Source: a virus
Lineage: Duplodnaviria > Caudoviricetes
Reading direction: 5' to 3' (one strand)
Virus record (IMG/VR): IMGVR_UViG_3300017770_000016
Coordinates: 1-53,732 of that record
DNA: 53,732 bases
Positions 10,092-18,999 of this stretch are shown here, in pieces (position 1 is the stretch's first letter; every line of letters begins with the position of its first letter). The notes beneath the pieces are model-generated. The model had not been told where the DNA came from, did no database searches, and saw nothing but the letters and a program-made list of their open reading frames with translations. The position numbers were made by a program, and so were the translations under genes.

Positions 10092-10567
10092 TGATCTTTA
10101 TCCTCTGGCGCTGGTTCTGGTGCTGGTTTAGGAAGAGATTTAGTGGGATGCCACTCGCCCAAGTGGGTGTCTGTGAATACAGCTTTCAAGCCTAAAGATC
10201 TTCCTTCGCCATCTTCCCACCAAGGCATAGATTCATAACATTTTGCAAGGGCATCCATCAGTTCAAACAACAAATGACGGTCATCCTCGGAAAAACCTAC
10301 AAAAGGTATGATGAATAGATTCTTTCGCTCCTCACCATCCTCGTTATGCGTGAACCCATGAATGCCTGCTCCCATATTTTCTATGAAGAAAAAATTGTCC
10401 GCGCTAGGCCCAAGATAATCACGATCCAATCGAAGCCTTTCTTCTTTGTTGAAGTCTCGAAGATTGTGGTTATCTGTTTTGTAACGAGAGTTAGCATTTG
10501 CAAGTTCATTGTTCTCTTTCTCAAGCACTTCAATGCGCTTGAGTAAGTCGGCCTTTGAATCCGTCAT
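10088..10567 (-). CDS. Hypothetical protein with an N-terminal coiled coil
   Basis: 159-aa ORF coupled to its neighbours. Confidence 0.65.
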   Translation of the reverse strand: MTDSKADLLKRIEVLEKENNELANANSRYKTDNHNLRDFNKEERLRLDRDYLGPSADNFFFIENMGAGIHGFTHNEDGEERKNLFIIPFVGFSEDDRHLLFELMDALAKCYESMPWWEDGEGRSLGLKAVFTDTHLGEWHPTKSLPKPAPEPAPEDKDQ

Positions 10568-10568
10568 C

Positions 10569-11498
10569 TCAAATGTTCTCTATGTTGTTGATCTCGACAT
10601 CCACAGTGACCTCGTTGTCAGGCCAGCCGCCACACTTGGCGTACAGTTCACCAATACGTTGAGCGATATCCACCAACAGAGCGATGTGCTCTTGGGTTTC
10701 AATCTTTTTGCGGGCACTGTATTGCTCGCGTGTCTCAACCAAAACAGTTTCAGATGGGTAAAATTGACCATCAATATCAACATTAGGCCTTTGCCACACT
10801 TGACCCTTATCGTCTTCGTCAACTAAAAACCAATAATCACTCTCGACCATCTCCCATTTTCCATCCTTATAGGTTTGTATGGGTGGAACCTTGTGGTGCC
10901 AAGTAGATGAAAGGTTTAGGTTGGGAATCGGGATCGTGCAGACACGCTGCTTCGGGCCTGAGTGGAAGTCAGCCTCCTCGCCTTGCGTGTTGATGGTGAT
11001 GTACGCATCAGAGTATTCCATCCACCAAGCATTGTCTGGGTGGACGATCTTGTACTTGTCTACCAAGTCTGGATCATGGTTGTCGATGGCTAACAGAGCC
11101 TCCAGTTCCTCAACACGCTCACGTTTCTCAACGAACCTCTTTCGTGTCGATTCTATTTGAGCCTCTGAGGCTCTCAAGCGACGCTCAGTGTCGATTAGCT
11201 TCTCGTTGACTGCGTCTAGTTGTTCACGCAGTTCCTGTTTTGATTCAGGGCCAGACTTTTCAACCTTTTCAGGGTTAACTCCAAGCCAATCGACATACTT
11301 CTGCATGGTCTTTGGTGCAGGTTTGACAACTTCACCGTTGAGAAACTGTCTGATCGAACTAGGATCAACGCCAATATCATTCGCAATCTGTGCGCGAGCC
11401 TTAGTTATCTTGATGCCTTTGTCAGCAGCCATGGCCACTATATGTGACTCCAATGCTTTCTTTGCGAACCGTAATGTTTTTTCTGATTGTAAATTCAT
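10569..11498 (-). CDS. XRE-like HTH protein with a coiled coil
   Basis: AQIANDIGVDPSSIRQFLNGE HTH-like segment; AAAAGGAA RBS before ATG at 11498. Confidence 0.6.
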   Translation of the reverse strand: MNLQSEKTLRFAKKALESHIVAMAADKGIKITKARAQIANDIGVDPSSIRQFLNGEVVKPAPKTMQKYVDWLGVNPEKVEKSGPESKQELREQLDAVNEKLIDTERRLRASEAQIESTRKRFVEKRERVEELEALLAIDNHDPDLVDKYKIVHPDNAWWMEYSDAYITINTQGEEADFHSGPKQRVCTIPIPNLNLSSTWHHKVPPIQTYKDGKWEMVESDYWFLVDEDDKGQVWQRPNVDIDGQFYPSETVLVETREQYSARKKIETQEHIALLVDIAQRIGELYAKCGGWPDNEVTVDVEINNIENI

Positions 11499-11623
11499 AG
11501 CAATTCCTTTTGTGTTTTTGACTATCCAAATAACGATAGAAGAAAGGCAACAAAGTAGATCGATGCAGCGATGCACACGCCCATGATGATGCCCTTCTTC
11601 GTATCGTCATCCATCTACCTGCG

Positions 11624-12124
11624 CTACGACCAGCTTGCCGTGTTCAGGCCAGCGGCAGGTTGTGCCGGTGCCTGTTGTGGCTGCTCAGTCTGAGCGTGTG
11701 GTTGTGCAGGGCCAGCACCAGACTTGAACGAAGAGATCTTGTTCTTGTCTGCATACGTTCCGCCGCTAGGATTGGGGCTACCCTTTTCAATCTCGATGTT
11801 TGCCAAGAAAGACTTGCCCATGCAGCCACGCACCATATCCTCACTGAGCTTCCCAGATGGGTTGCCGCCTGACGCAATCATCCAAGATTTGAGGCGCCCA
11901 ACGCCCACTTGGTTGTTGAGTACAAACCGATCCCAGACCTTACGGCCTGCGTGAGTTGGGCCTACCACGTTGAATTCAAACTCCAACATAGGATTGCCAT
12001 TGCTCGACGTTTTTCGCTCAAACAACGCTGCAGAAAGCGTGTATTCACCTGGCGGGAACGGCGCAGAACCCCCCGAAGTTTCCTTTACATCGTCAAGATT
12101 GATATTTAGATCGTCTAAAGACAT
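11624..12124 (-). CDS. DUF669-family putative ssDNA-binding protein
   Basis: PFPPGEY...SSNGNPML.FEF.V.GP..GRKVWD motif; low-complexity C-tail; follows the Sak4-like ATPase; GAGGAG RBS. Confidence 0.75.
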   Translation of the reverse strand: MSLDDLNINLDDVKETSGGSAPFPPGEYTLSAALFERKTSSNGNPMLEFEFNVVGPTHAGRKVWDRFVLNNQVGVGRLKSWMIASGGNPSGKLSEDMVRGCMGKSFLANIEIEKGSPNPSGGTYADKNKISSFKSGAGPAQPHAQTEQPQQAPAQPAAGLNTASWS

Positions 12125-12137
12125 AGCTGATTACTCC

Positions 12138-12911
12138 TCAAGCTGCTTCAGTGTTAGTGGTTGCAGCGAGTGCTGCGGTGTAAGCTTCCATGAAATTGTT
12201 CCATGAAAACTCAAGCTTGTTTGGCAGTTCCAAACGAGACTTGGCGTCATATGCCGCTGCGAACCGAGTGTACAAACCACGGTTGCCGTAGCTGACACCT
12301 CTGGCCTTCTGGCCATCCTTGATTAACTGCGTTTCGTAGTTCGCAAACAAGTTGAAGTCCACCCAGTCCTTGATGAGTGAGTTAACCTTCTTGTTGCAGC
12401 GCATCTCCCAGCGGTCATACGGCTCCAATTCAGGATCTTTGTATGCCTTGGAAGCAACGTGGCTGAGCAGAATGACGTTCATACCTTTCTGTGTGTGCAG
12501 CACGTTGAGACCAGACAACAGATGAACCCATGCATTCTCTTCGGCAACGTAGAACGCGCCGTAGCCTGCCTTGGGATCAGCTGCTGATGACCAACTGTTC
12601 TGCTCACAGACATATGCCTCGCCAAGTTTGGCTGCAGCGTCTGTGGTATCCAGCACAACTGTCTTGTACTGGTGCTCTTCAGTCACCAAGCTTTTGATTT
12701 GCTCCAACATCTCAGCCCAAGTATCCGCTTGTGGGAAACGTGGCGCGTTGATGAAAGACAATCCGTCTTCCGCTTGTATGAAGATTGGGTCTATTGACCC
12801 AGCACCAAAGGTGCTTTTGCCGATACCGTCAGTGCCTTGGATATTCATCCGCACTGGAGGTATTGGGCCACCCGAAGGACGGGTGCTCGTGATCTGCTGA
12901 AGTAAAGACAT
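12138..12911 (-). CDS. AAA_24/Sak4-like ATPase (single-strand annealing recombinase)
   Basis: GTDGIGKST Walker A, TVVLDT Walker B, ILLSH and AYDAKSR motifs. Confidence 0.85.
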   Translation of the reverse strand: MSLLQQITSTRPSGGPIPPVRMNIQGTDGIGKSTFGAGSIDPIFIQAEDGLSFINAPRFPQADTWAEMLEQIKSLVTEEHQYKTVVLDTTDAAAKLGEAYVCEQNSWSSAADPKAGYGAFYVAEENAWVHLLSGLNVLHTQKGMNVILLSHVASKAYKDPELEPYDRWEMRCNKKVNSLIKDWVDFNLFANYETQLIKDGQKARGVSYGNRGLYTRFAAAYDAKSRLELPNKLEFSWNNFMEAYTAALAATTNTEAA

Positions 12912-13330
12912 TAGTCCTCCTTTAGTTTATCAGCGTTGATTTTTTTGATTTTAGAATCACCTAGCTTGATCGAATGCGCAGCGTGCCATGGGCCAGCCTC
13001 ACTAGGATTGTTGACCGCATAGTCCTTAAACTTACGCATATCGATTTTGTAGGTGATCTGCTGGGTAACAAAGGAGGGCCAATCACTCTGAGGCATAGCC
13101 TCAAGGATTTCATCAACCATGGCTTGGTCCCACACATGAGTGCGAGGGATCTCAACGGTGTAAGGGCCGTCTGTGGTTTCGCCGCCTTCGTTATGGATTG
13201 TAGCCAGTAGAGCACTGACTAACTGGGTATCGAGCAGGTCGCGTTCAAGCTTCTTGATGTGCTTGTCTAGCTCTGCCTTTTTGTTTTTTGCGCCGACAAT
13301 CTGGTGCGCCAAACACTTAGCGTTTTGCAT
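12911..13330 (-). CDS. Hypothetical protein (first gene of the leftward replication operon)
   Basis: 139-aa ORF with AAGGAAAAGG RBS. Confidence 0.7.
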   Translation of the reverse strand: MQNAKCLAHQIVGAKNKKAELDKHIKKLERDLLDTQLVSALLATIHNEGGETTDGPYTVEIPRTHVWDQAMVDEILEAMPQSDWPSFVTQQITYKIDMRKFKDYAVNNPSEAGPWHAAHSIKLGDSKIKKINADKLKED

Positions 13331-13373
13331 TTCCTTTTCCTTTTCTAACTCAACTCATCTCTCTACGAAACGG

Positions 13374-13449
13374 AGAATGACTCAGGCAAAAGAAAAGTGC
13401 AATACCTTTTGTGAAAAAAATTGTATTAATTAATTTGGCAGGATAGTAT
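13374..13449. promoter_or_regulatory. Divergent sigma70-like promoters
   Basis: Leftward TTGCAC-N17-CATTCT (13402-13374) and rightward TTGTAT-N17-TAGTAT (13421-13449) in an AT-rich gap between divergent operons. Confidence 0.55.
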
Positions 13450-13473
13450 CGGCAACTGGTAAAGGAGCCAGAC

Positions 13474-13695
13474 ATGGAATATGTGATCGAGAAGAACTCA
13501 CCCTTGCCGCCACACCCTACAAAAGGGTCAGGCAAATGGCAAAAGCTTTTGAGCGAAATGTCTGTAGGTGATGCAGTAACGGTGAAAACCGAAGAAGAAG
13601 TTAGGGGGATCAGAACTGCGGGTTACGGCCTGGGCATGAAGATCAAGTCAAGGCGCATCGATGACGGTGTGTATTGGGTGAAAAGGGTACAGTGA
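13474..13695 (+). CDS. Small putative DNA-binding protein
   Basis: 73 aa; IEKNSPLP...MSVGDAV...VYWVKRV; AAGGAG RBS. Confidence 0.65.
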   Translation: MEYVIEKNSPLPPHPTKGSGKWQKLLSEMSVGDAVTVKTEEEVRGIRTAGYGLGMKIKSRRIDDGVYWVKRVQ

Positions 13696-15731
13696 TGATG
13701 CCGTTCTTATCTTCCGATTCAGACGGGCCCATGTCACCCGAAGCAAAAGAAGAACTCCTACACACGATGTGGGAGCACGGGATGCACATCATCCCCTGCG
13801 GTTCACCCAGCGAGGTGGTGCCACAATACTTCAGACAACGTCATCCGTTTGATACCGAGGAAGATCTCAAGGCCAAGTGGGCCAAGACACCACGAGTCAA
13901 ATGGCAGCACTATCAAAAGATTCAGCCGTCACAGGATGAGATCACCCAGTGGCATGCTCAGTATCCCACCGCTAACTGGGCAGCAATCACCGGCATATCC
14001 TTCGCCGTGGTCGATGCAGACTCAGACGATGCTGTGAACTGGATCGATGCAGGTGGCATCACACGAACACCACTAACACAAACCTCGCCCAAAGGCGGGA
14101 AGCACTATTTCTATTCTATCGGTGGTGCCAACCCGCTGATCCGTAACAGCGTAGGCCAGAACAAACTGGATGTCCGAGGCGATGGTGGATACATCATGGT
14201 GTCACCCAGCGTGGGATACGACATGAAGTGCGATCAGTCATACGGCGTGTCTGGTCTGGATGACCTGCCACTGCTAGGCGAAGCCGACATACAACAAGTG
14301 CATGTATTCAACACTGGCAGCAAAGTCGAAAGCATACGCGAGAAGCTGACAGAAGAACCCAAAGAACAAGGCAGTCGCAACGACACACTAGCGCGCTTGG
14401 TCGGCAAGTGGGTCAAAGAAGGCTGGGGTATGCGCGAGGTGCTGATCAAGGCACAAGACTGGAATCAATCCTGTGTGCCGCCCATGGACTTGATCGAGGT
14501 CACTCGTACCACCATCAGTATCGTCAACGGGCACATCAAACGACACCCCGATGATGTCGATGCAGGCATCATGGCATGGCAGACATCGAAGTGGCAGACA
14601 GAGATCAACGAAGATCTCAAAGAGATACAGTCACAAGAAGACCCGCTCGATGAACTCAAGCGCGATGGAGATGAAGAGGCACAGTCAGGGCCGCTAGGAC
14701 TGCAACCGTTCAGTGCAGACACATGGTCTGACATGACCGACGATGGCATCGAACAGTTCTGGGGTGATGCATTCATCTTCCAGAAGAGCCGAGTGCTGCT
14801 CCTAGGTAAGCCAAAGATAGGTAAGTCCAACTGGCTTGGCGCCTTCGCAGCAGGGGCGACCACTGGCACAGACTTCATGGGCGAAGAATTCAGCAAACCA
14901 TTGAAGGTGATGTGGTTCCAAGCAGAGATCATCGCAGAGTTCTTGAAGCGTAGGATCGATACTTACTTCAGGCGCTTTGAGTTTGACCAAGATCTGATAT
15001 CGATGGGGCACAACAACTTGATCATCAGTGGCAGGCTACGCAAGAACCTGATGAAAGACCAAGACATACAAGCGTTCTCAGATGAGATAGCGTTTCACAA
15101 ACCCGACATCGTACTGATAGACCCGATCATCAACTTCTTTGATGGCGAGGAGAACTCCAACACAGAGATACGCAAACTCCTTGATCGTGTCGATATGCTC
15201 ATAGAGATGCACGGTATCAGCGTGATCATCGCTCACCATACAGGCAAAGAACGGGCAGATGATAAGTCATTCATGTCTGCACGAGGCGGCAGCGTGTTCG
15301 CCGGTTGGTTCGATAGCGGCATCAAGCTCAGCGGCGAGAAGCCCGATGTGTCTGTCTTCTACGAAGCGCGTAACGCCATGGAACCCAAAGAACATCTGGC
15401 CAGTTTCGACTTCAATGATGGCCTGTGGAAAGTCAACGACTTCACACCGCGCAACGTCAAGCCTCAACTTAGCGAGGAGGATGAGGTCAAGATAGCGGGC
15501 GTGGTGGTTGATGCGATGAGTAGCACAAAGTTTTATCTGCGCAAGGAACTTGAAGTGTTGGCGCGAGAAGCACTCAGCGCCGCTGGTATGAACAGTGGTA
15601 ACAAAGCTTCTCAAAAAGCAGTGTCGTATGTGCAGAAGTATAAGGGCAGCGTGGTCAAGACATACGCTCAGCCTGGCATGGCTGTGTGGCACTATCTGGA
15701 ATCAAATGAAATGACAAAGCCTTGGGAATGA
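13695..15731 (+). CDS. Bifunctional primase-polymerase (Prim-Pol + PriCT) fused to a RepA/AAA_25 helicase
   Basis: VVDAD, GKHYFY, DVRGDGGYI and GSRNDTL motifs; GKPKIGKS Walker A; VLIDP; IAHHTGK; ARGGS. Confidence 0.9.
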   Translation: MMPFLSSDSDGPMSPEAKEELLHTMWEHGMHIIPCGSPSEVVPQYFRQRHPFDTEEDLKAKWAKTPRVKWQHYQKIQPSQDEITQWHAQYPTANWAAITGISFAVVDADSDDAVNWIDAGGITRTPLTQTSPKGGKHYFYSIGGANPLIRNSVGQNKLDVRGDGGYIMVSPSVGYDMKCDQSYGVSGLDDLPLLGEADIQQVHVFNTGSKVESIREKLTEEPKEQGSRNDTLARLVGKWVKEGWGMREVLIKAQDWNQSCVPPMDLIEVTRTTISIVNGHIKRHPDDVDAGIMAWQTSKWQTEINEDLKEIQSQEDPLDELKRDGDEEAQSGPLGLQPFSADTWSDMTDDGIEQFWGDAFIFQKSRVLLLGKPKIGKSNWLGAFAAGATTGTDFMGEEFSKPLKVMWFQAEIIAEFLKRRIDTYFRRFEFDQDLISMGHNNLIISGRLRKNLMKDQDIQAFSDEIAFHKPDIVLIDPIINFFDGEENSNTEIRKLLDRVDMLIEMHGISVIIAHHTGKERADDKSFMSARGGSVFAGWFDSGIKLSGEKPDVSVFYEARNAMEPKEHLASFDFNDGLWKVNDFTPRNVKPQLSEEDEVKIAGVVVDAMSSTKFYLRKELEVLAREALSAAGMNSGNKASQKAVSYVQKYKGSVVKTYAQPGMAVWHYLESNEMTKPWE

Positions 15732-15732
15732 T

Positions 15733-16536
15733 ATGAGTAAACTCACGGTTATCAGTCTGGGCGCAGGTGTACAGTCGAGCGTGATGGCGTTGATGGCGGC
15801 GAAGGGTGAGATCACACCCATGCCTGATTACGCGATCTTCGCAGACACACAAGCGGAACCTGATCACATATACGAATGGCTTGACTGGCTAGAAAGCCAG
15901 CTGCCGTTCCCGGTGCTGCGCGTCACACGAGGCAGTCTGTTTGAAGATGTCATGGACCCAAACAACAGAAGCGCATCACCGCCGTTCTTTACCGCATCAC
16001 CAAGTGGGATAGGCGAGGGTATCTTGATGCGTCAATGTACCCGCGACTACAAAGTCACGCCGATCCAACGAAAGCTACGCGAACTGGCAGGCTACAAACC
16101 GCGCCAGCGTATCCCAGCAGACACAGTCGAGCAGTGGATAGGCATCAGCACCGACGAGATACAGAGGATGAAGGACGCGCCAGAGAAATGGTGCAACAAC
16201 CGATGGCCTTTGATCGAAACCCGCATGTCACGGTGGCATTGCCTGCGCTGGATGCGTGACAACGGCTACAACGAACTGCCGCGCAAAAGCGCATGCACGT
16301 TCTGTCCCTATCATGACAACGCAACCTGGCGTGAGATGAAAGCCAATGACCCCAAGTCATGGGAGCAGGCGGTGGCTGTGGACAAACACATACGCGATGA
16401 CTTTCGTGGCACAACAAGCAAGATCTACATACACCGATCACTTGTGCCGCTTGATGAAGCAGACCTGGCTGACCCTGCAGAGGATCAGATTGTGATGGAC
16501 TTTGGTGACGAGTGCGACGGGATGTGCGGGGTATGA
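15733..16536 (+). CDS. PAPS-reductase-like (PP-loop) protein
   Basis: ISLGAGVQSS, IFADTQAE, RQCTRDYK, WIGISTDE, KSACTFCPY and C-terminal ECDGMCGV motifs. Confidence 0.75.
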   Translation: MSKLTVISLGAGVQSSVMALMAAKGEITPMPDYAIFADTQAEPDHIYEWLDWLESQLPFPVLRVTRGSLFEDVMDPNNRSASPPFFTASPSGIGEGILMRQCTRDYKVTPIQRKLRELAGYKPRQRIPADTVEQWIGISTDEIQRMKDAPEKWCNNRWPLIETRMSRWHCLRWMRDNGYNELPRKSACTFCPYHDNATWREMKANDPKSWEQAVAVDKHIRDDFRGTTSKIYIHRSLVPLDEADLADPAEDQIVMDFGDECDGMCGV

Positions 16537-16985
16537 GCAAGCTTTCTGTCACCCCCATCAACTTGGATGAAGCAAACGCCTTTGTGGAGCAGCATCACCG
16601 ACACCATAAGCCGGTGCCTGGTGCAAAGTTCTGTGTAGCTGTGTCAGAGGAAGATGTGGTGCGAGGTGTGGCCATAGTCGGCAGGCCTGTGGCCCGGCAT
16701 CTTGATGATGGCTGGACTCTTGAGGTCAATCGGTGCTGCACAGACGGCACGAGAAACGCTTGCTCGATGCTCTACGCAACAGCGTGGAAAGCTGCGCGAG
16801 CGATGGGATACACAAGCTTGATCACCTACACGCTAGAGTCAGAGGGCGGAGCCAGCTTACGAGGCGCAGGATGGCGGTGTGTTGGCCAGACAAGCACTGC
16901 AAATCGAGGGTGGAATACACCTAGTCGGCCTAGAGTGGACACCCATCCGCTGCAGCAGAAACTCAAGTGGAGCGCAGATGTCTGA
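16533..16985 (+). CDS. XF1762-family (Mom-like GNAT) protein
   Basis: ANAFVEQHHRHH, GVAIVGRPVAR.LDDG.TLEV.R, NACSMLY and ITYTL.SE.GASLRGAGW motifs. Confidence 0.75.
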   Translation: MSKLSVTPINLDEANAFVEQHHRHHKPVPGAKFCVAVSEEDVVRGVAIVGRPVARHLDDGWTLEVNRCCTDGTRNACSMLYATAWKAARAMGYTSLITYTLESEGGASLRGAGWRCVGQTSTANRGWNTPSRPRVDTHPLQQKLKWSADV

Positions 16986-18010
16986 TGTGGATTGTACCAA
17001 AGAACTACCAACCGTCCTCAGTCTCTGCACTGGATACGGTGGCATCGAGCGAGGACTTGAGCTTGCCGGGTTTGAACATCGAACAGTCGCTCATGTGGAG
17101 ATCGAAGCCTTCGCCGCTGCGAACTTGGTTGCAAAGATGGAAACGGGACAGCTGGTTCCAGCACCTATCTGGTCGGATCTTAAAACCCTGCCAGCACACT
17201 GCTTTCGAGACAGAGTTGATGTCCTCACTGGCGGCTATCCCTGCCAGCCGTTTAGCGCCGCTGGGCTGCGCAAAGGAGCCGAAGACCCCAGACACCTATG
17301 GCCATACATCTACGACCACATACGAACAATTAGACCTGTTCGCTGCTTCTTTGAGAACGTCGAAGGACACATCAGCCTTGGACTCAGAGAGGTCATCGAT
17401 GATCTGGAAGGACTTGGTTACGCAACGACGTGGGGAATATTCAGCGCGGCTGAAGTTGGCGCACCTCATCAGAGAAAACGGGTCTACATTCTGGCCGACG
17501 CCAGTGGCGCAGGACGACAACAAATCACCAGAGGCTCACATGAGGATGAAGCAGCGCATGAAGGGCGGGCCTCGACACAAACCCACATCGCTGCAGGTGA
17601 TGGTGAAGGGCGTGGAGCGGGGGCTCTGGCCAACACCGACAGCGCAAGACAATAACCAAGTGAGTGGCAACCCAGATCACCCGAAGCGCGGCACAACGCT
17701 GGGCGGGGCAGCGAGACTCTGGCCAACACCGACAGCCAGCGACAGCGAGGGCGGGCCGAGACAGCAGGATGGCAAGCGGGGCAGGGCGCTGAAGGATTTG
17801 CCGCAACAAATGTGGCCGACGCCAACGGCCAACGAAGACGCGGCGGGCACGCCGAACGGCAACATGCAGAAGATGCTGGGCAATCACCCGGCGGTACGGG
17901 GCACGACGCCAGCGGAGTGGTCAGCTGGGCAACTGAACCCGACGTGGGTCGAGTGGTTAATGGGGCTGCCTTTAGGGTGGACAGACTTAGGCTCTTGGGG
18001 AACGGAGTAG
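16985..18010 (+). CDS. Alternative-frame MTase partner polypeptide with 4 WPTP repeats and a motif IX-like segment
   Basis: 341 codons open in the +1 frame over the MTase; F/L/MWPTP x4; LNPTWVEWLMGLPLGWT. Confidence 0.7.
   Translation: MWIVPKNYQPSSVSALDTVASSEDLSLPGLNIEQSLMWRSKPSPLRTWLQRWKRDSWFQHLSGRILKPCQHTAFETELMSSLAAIPASRLAPLGCAKEPKTPDTYGHTSTTTYEQLDLFAASLRTSKDTSALDSERSSMIWKDLVTQRRGEYSARLKLAHLIRENGSTFWPTPVAQDDNKSPEAHMRMKQRMKGGPRHKPTSLQVMVKGVERGLWPTPTAQDNNQVSGNPDHPKRGTTLGGAARLWPTPTASDSEGGPRQQDGKRGRALKDLPQQMWPTPTANEDAAGTPNGNMQKMLGNHPAVRGTTPAEWSAGQLNPTWVEWLMGLPLGWTDLGSWGTE
16987..17655 (+). CDS. C5-cytosine DNA methyltransferase, N-terminal catalytic part (motifs I-VIII)
   Basis: SLCTGYGG (I), GGYPCQPFS (IV), FFENVEG (VI), GAPHQRKR (VIII); ends at TAA 17653-17655; alternative start ATG 16978. 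Confidence 0.85.
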   Translation: MDCTKELPTVLSLCTGYGGIERGLELAGFEHRTVAHVEIEAFAAANLVAKMETGQLVPAPIWSDLKTLPAHCFRDRVDVLTGGYPCQPFSAAGLRKGAEDPRHLWPYIYDHIRTIRPVRCFFENVEGHISLGLREVIDDLEGLGYATTWGIFSAAEVGAPHQRKRVYILADASGAGRQQITRGSHEDEAAHEGRASTQTHIAAGDGEGRGAGALANTDSARQ

Positions 18011-18078
18011 TGCCAGATACCGCAGCCAAGGCGTGGATTGTGTTGAATGACCAACTTGCCAAAGAAAATCATGGGTGA
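17812..18078 (+). CDS. C5-MTase C-terminal part (motif X)
   Basis: RVDRLRLLGNGVVP; same frame as 16987-17655, separated from it by a single TAA. Confidence 0.6.
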   Translation: MADANGQRRRGGHAERQHAEDAGQSPGGTGHDASGVVSWATEPDVGRVVNGAAFRVDRLRLLGNGVVPDTAAKAWIVLNDQLAKENHG

Positions 18079-18210
18079 ATCGCAGGCACAAAAAAGCCCC
18101 GCAAGACGTACAAAAGGAATAAAGACGCCAAGCGGGGCAAACACTTTGTTAAGGAGACATCGTGTTGAGCGAAAGATACGACAGAGAAAAAGGAATGTAA
18201 AGAGCGGTGG

Positions 18211-18450
18211 ATGGGAAAATCAATAAGGATTCGGATGCGAATGAAAGAAAAAAGCGAACAGATGGATCTGGTGGAGCGTGAGCGGAAGATTGTCAGCCTG
18301 ATGCAGCAGGGGCTGAAGCGGGCAGAGATCGCAAAGACACTGGGGCTTACATCAGATGAAGTATACCAGGTGACCCGAATGTACAGGCTTGAGGTCACAA
18401 AAGGTTCAGGCGGCACTGGAAAGGCAGTGCGGATAGAGGGGCTCATTTGA
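18211..18450 (+). CDS. Small HTH protein (LuxR/sigma region 4-like)
   Basis: RERKIVSLMQQGLKRAEIAKTLGLTSDEV. Confidence 0.65.
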   Translation: MGKSIRIRMRMKEKSEQMDLVERERKIVSLMQQGLKRAEIAKTLGLTSDEVYQVTRMYRLEVTKGSGGTGKAVRIEGLI

Positions 18451-18641
18451 ATAGTAAGATGCCGATTGAAGTTGTGAGTGACGGCCCCTGGCATATCGAG
18501 TGCCTTGTCTGCAGGGCACAATATTACTTAGTCGATTACCCTAGAAAAGGGTGCAGAAACTGTGGTCGAGATGCCCTGCTGATCACAGACAATAGGGCGC
18601 CTAAGAAGATCAAAAGGAATGAACTTACAAGTGAAAGTTAA
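18447..18641 (+). CDS. Small Zn-ribbon protein
   Basis: CLVC...CRNCG; coupled to the upstream gene. Confidence 0.5.
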   Translation: MNSKMPIEVVSDGPWHIECLVCRAQYYLVDYPRKGCRNCGRDALLITDNRAPKKIKRNELTSES

Positions 18642-18683
18642 AGTAGTTTCGAGGTTGGCGGAACAGTCGTTTTACCCAAAAGA

Positions 18684-18932
18684 GGTAGGGTCAAGGGCAC
18701 TTTTTTATTTTGACCCTACCCCTGTGGATAAGTTGGTTAAGTCATTGATTTATAAGGAAACGTAGGTAGGGTCACATGGGTCAAGCGTGACCCTCGTGAC
18801 CCATGACCCTACCCCCACCTAAGTCATTGATTTTAAAAGGTGGGTCAAGGGTCACATGGGTCACCTCTAAAGAGGGGGAGAGATATATGAAATATCTCCC
18901 CTTCGGGATAACCCGATCTCCCCTCTTTGAGG
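18684..18932. promoter_or_regulatory. Putative replication origin (iterons, DnaA box, IHF sites, hairpin)
   Basis: 10 GGGTCA/TGACCC copies; TGTGGATAA at 18723-18731; TAAGTCATTGATT at 18738-18750 and 18820-18832; branched inverted repeat at 18864-18932. Confidence 0.6.
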
Positions 18933-18999
18933 AAGGGGGAAGAAAAGAAAAAAAATTTTTTGTAGGATGACAAACAAGGGCGCATAGAAGAGATTTTGT

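Noticed and set aside
17484-18521. Long minus-strand ORFs over the MTase and HTH genes, and similar antisense ORFs elsewhere in the track
   Set aside because: Shadow ORFs with no motifs or RBS, opposite well-supported genes
18864-18932. Branched hairpin as a tRNA
   Set aside because: No T-loop GTTCRA, D-loop or CCA features; treated as part of the ori-like element
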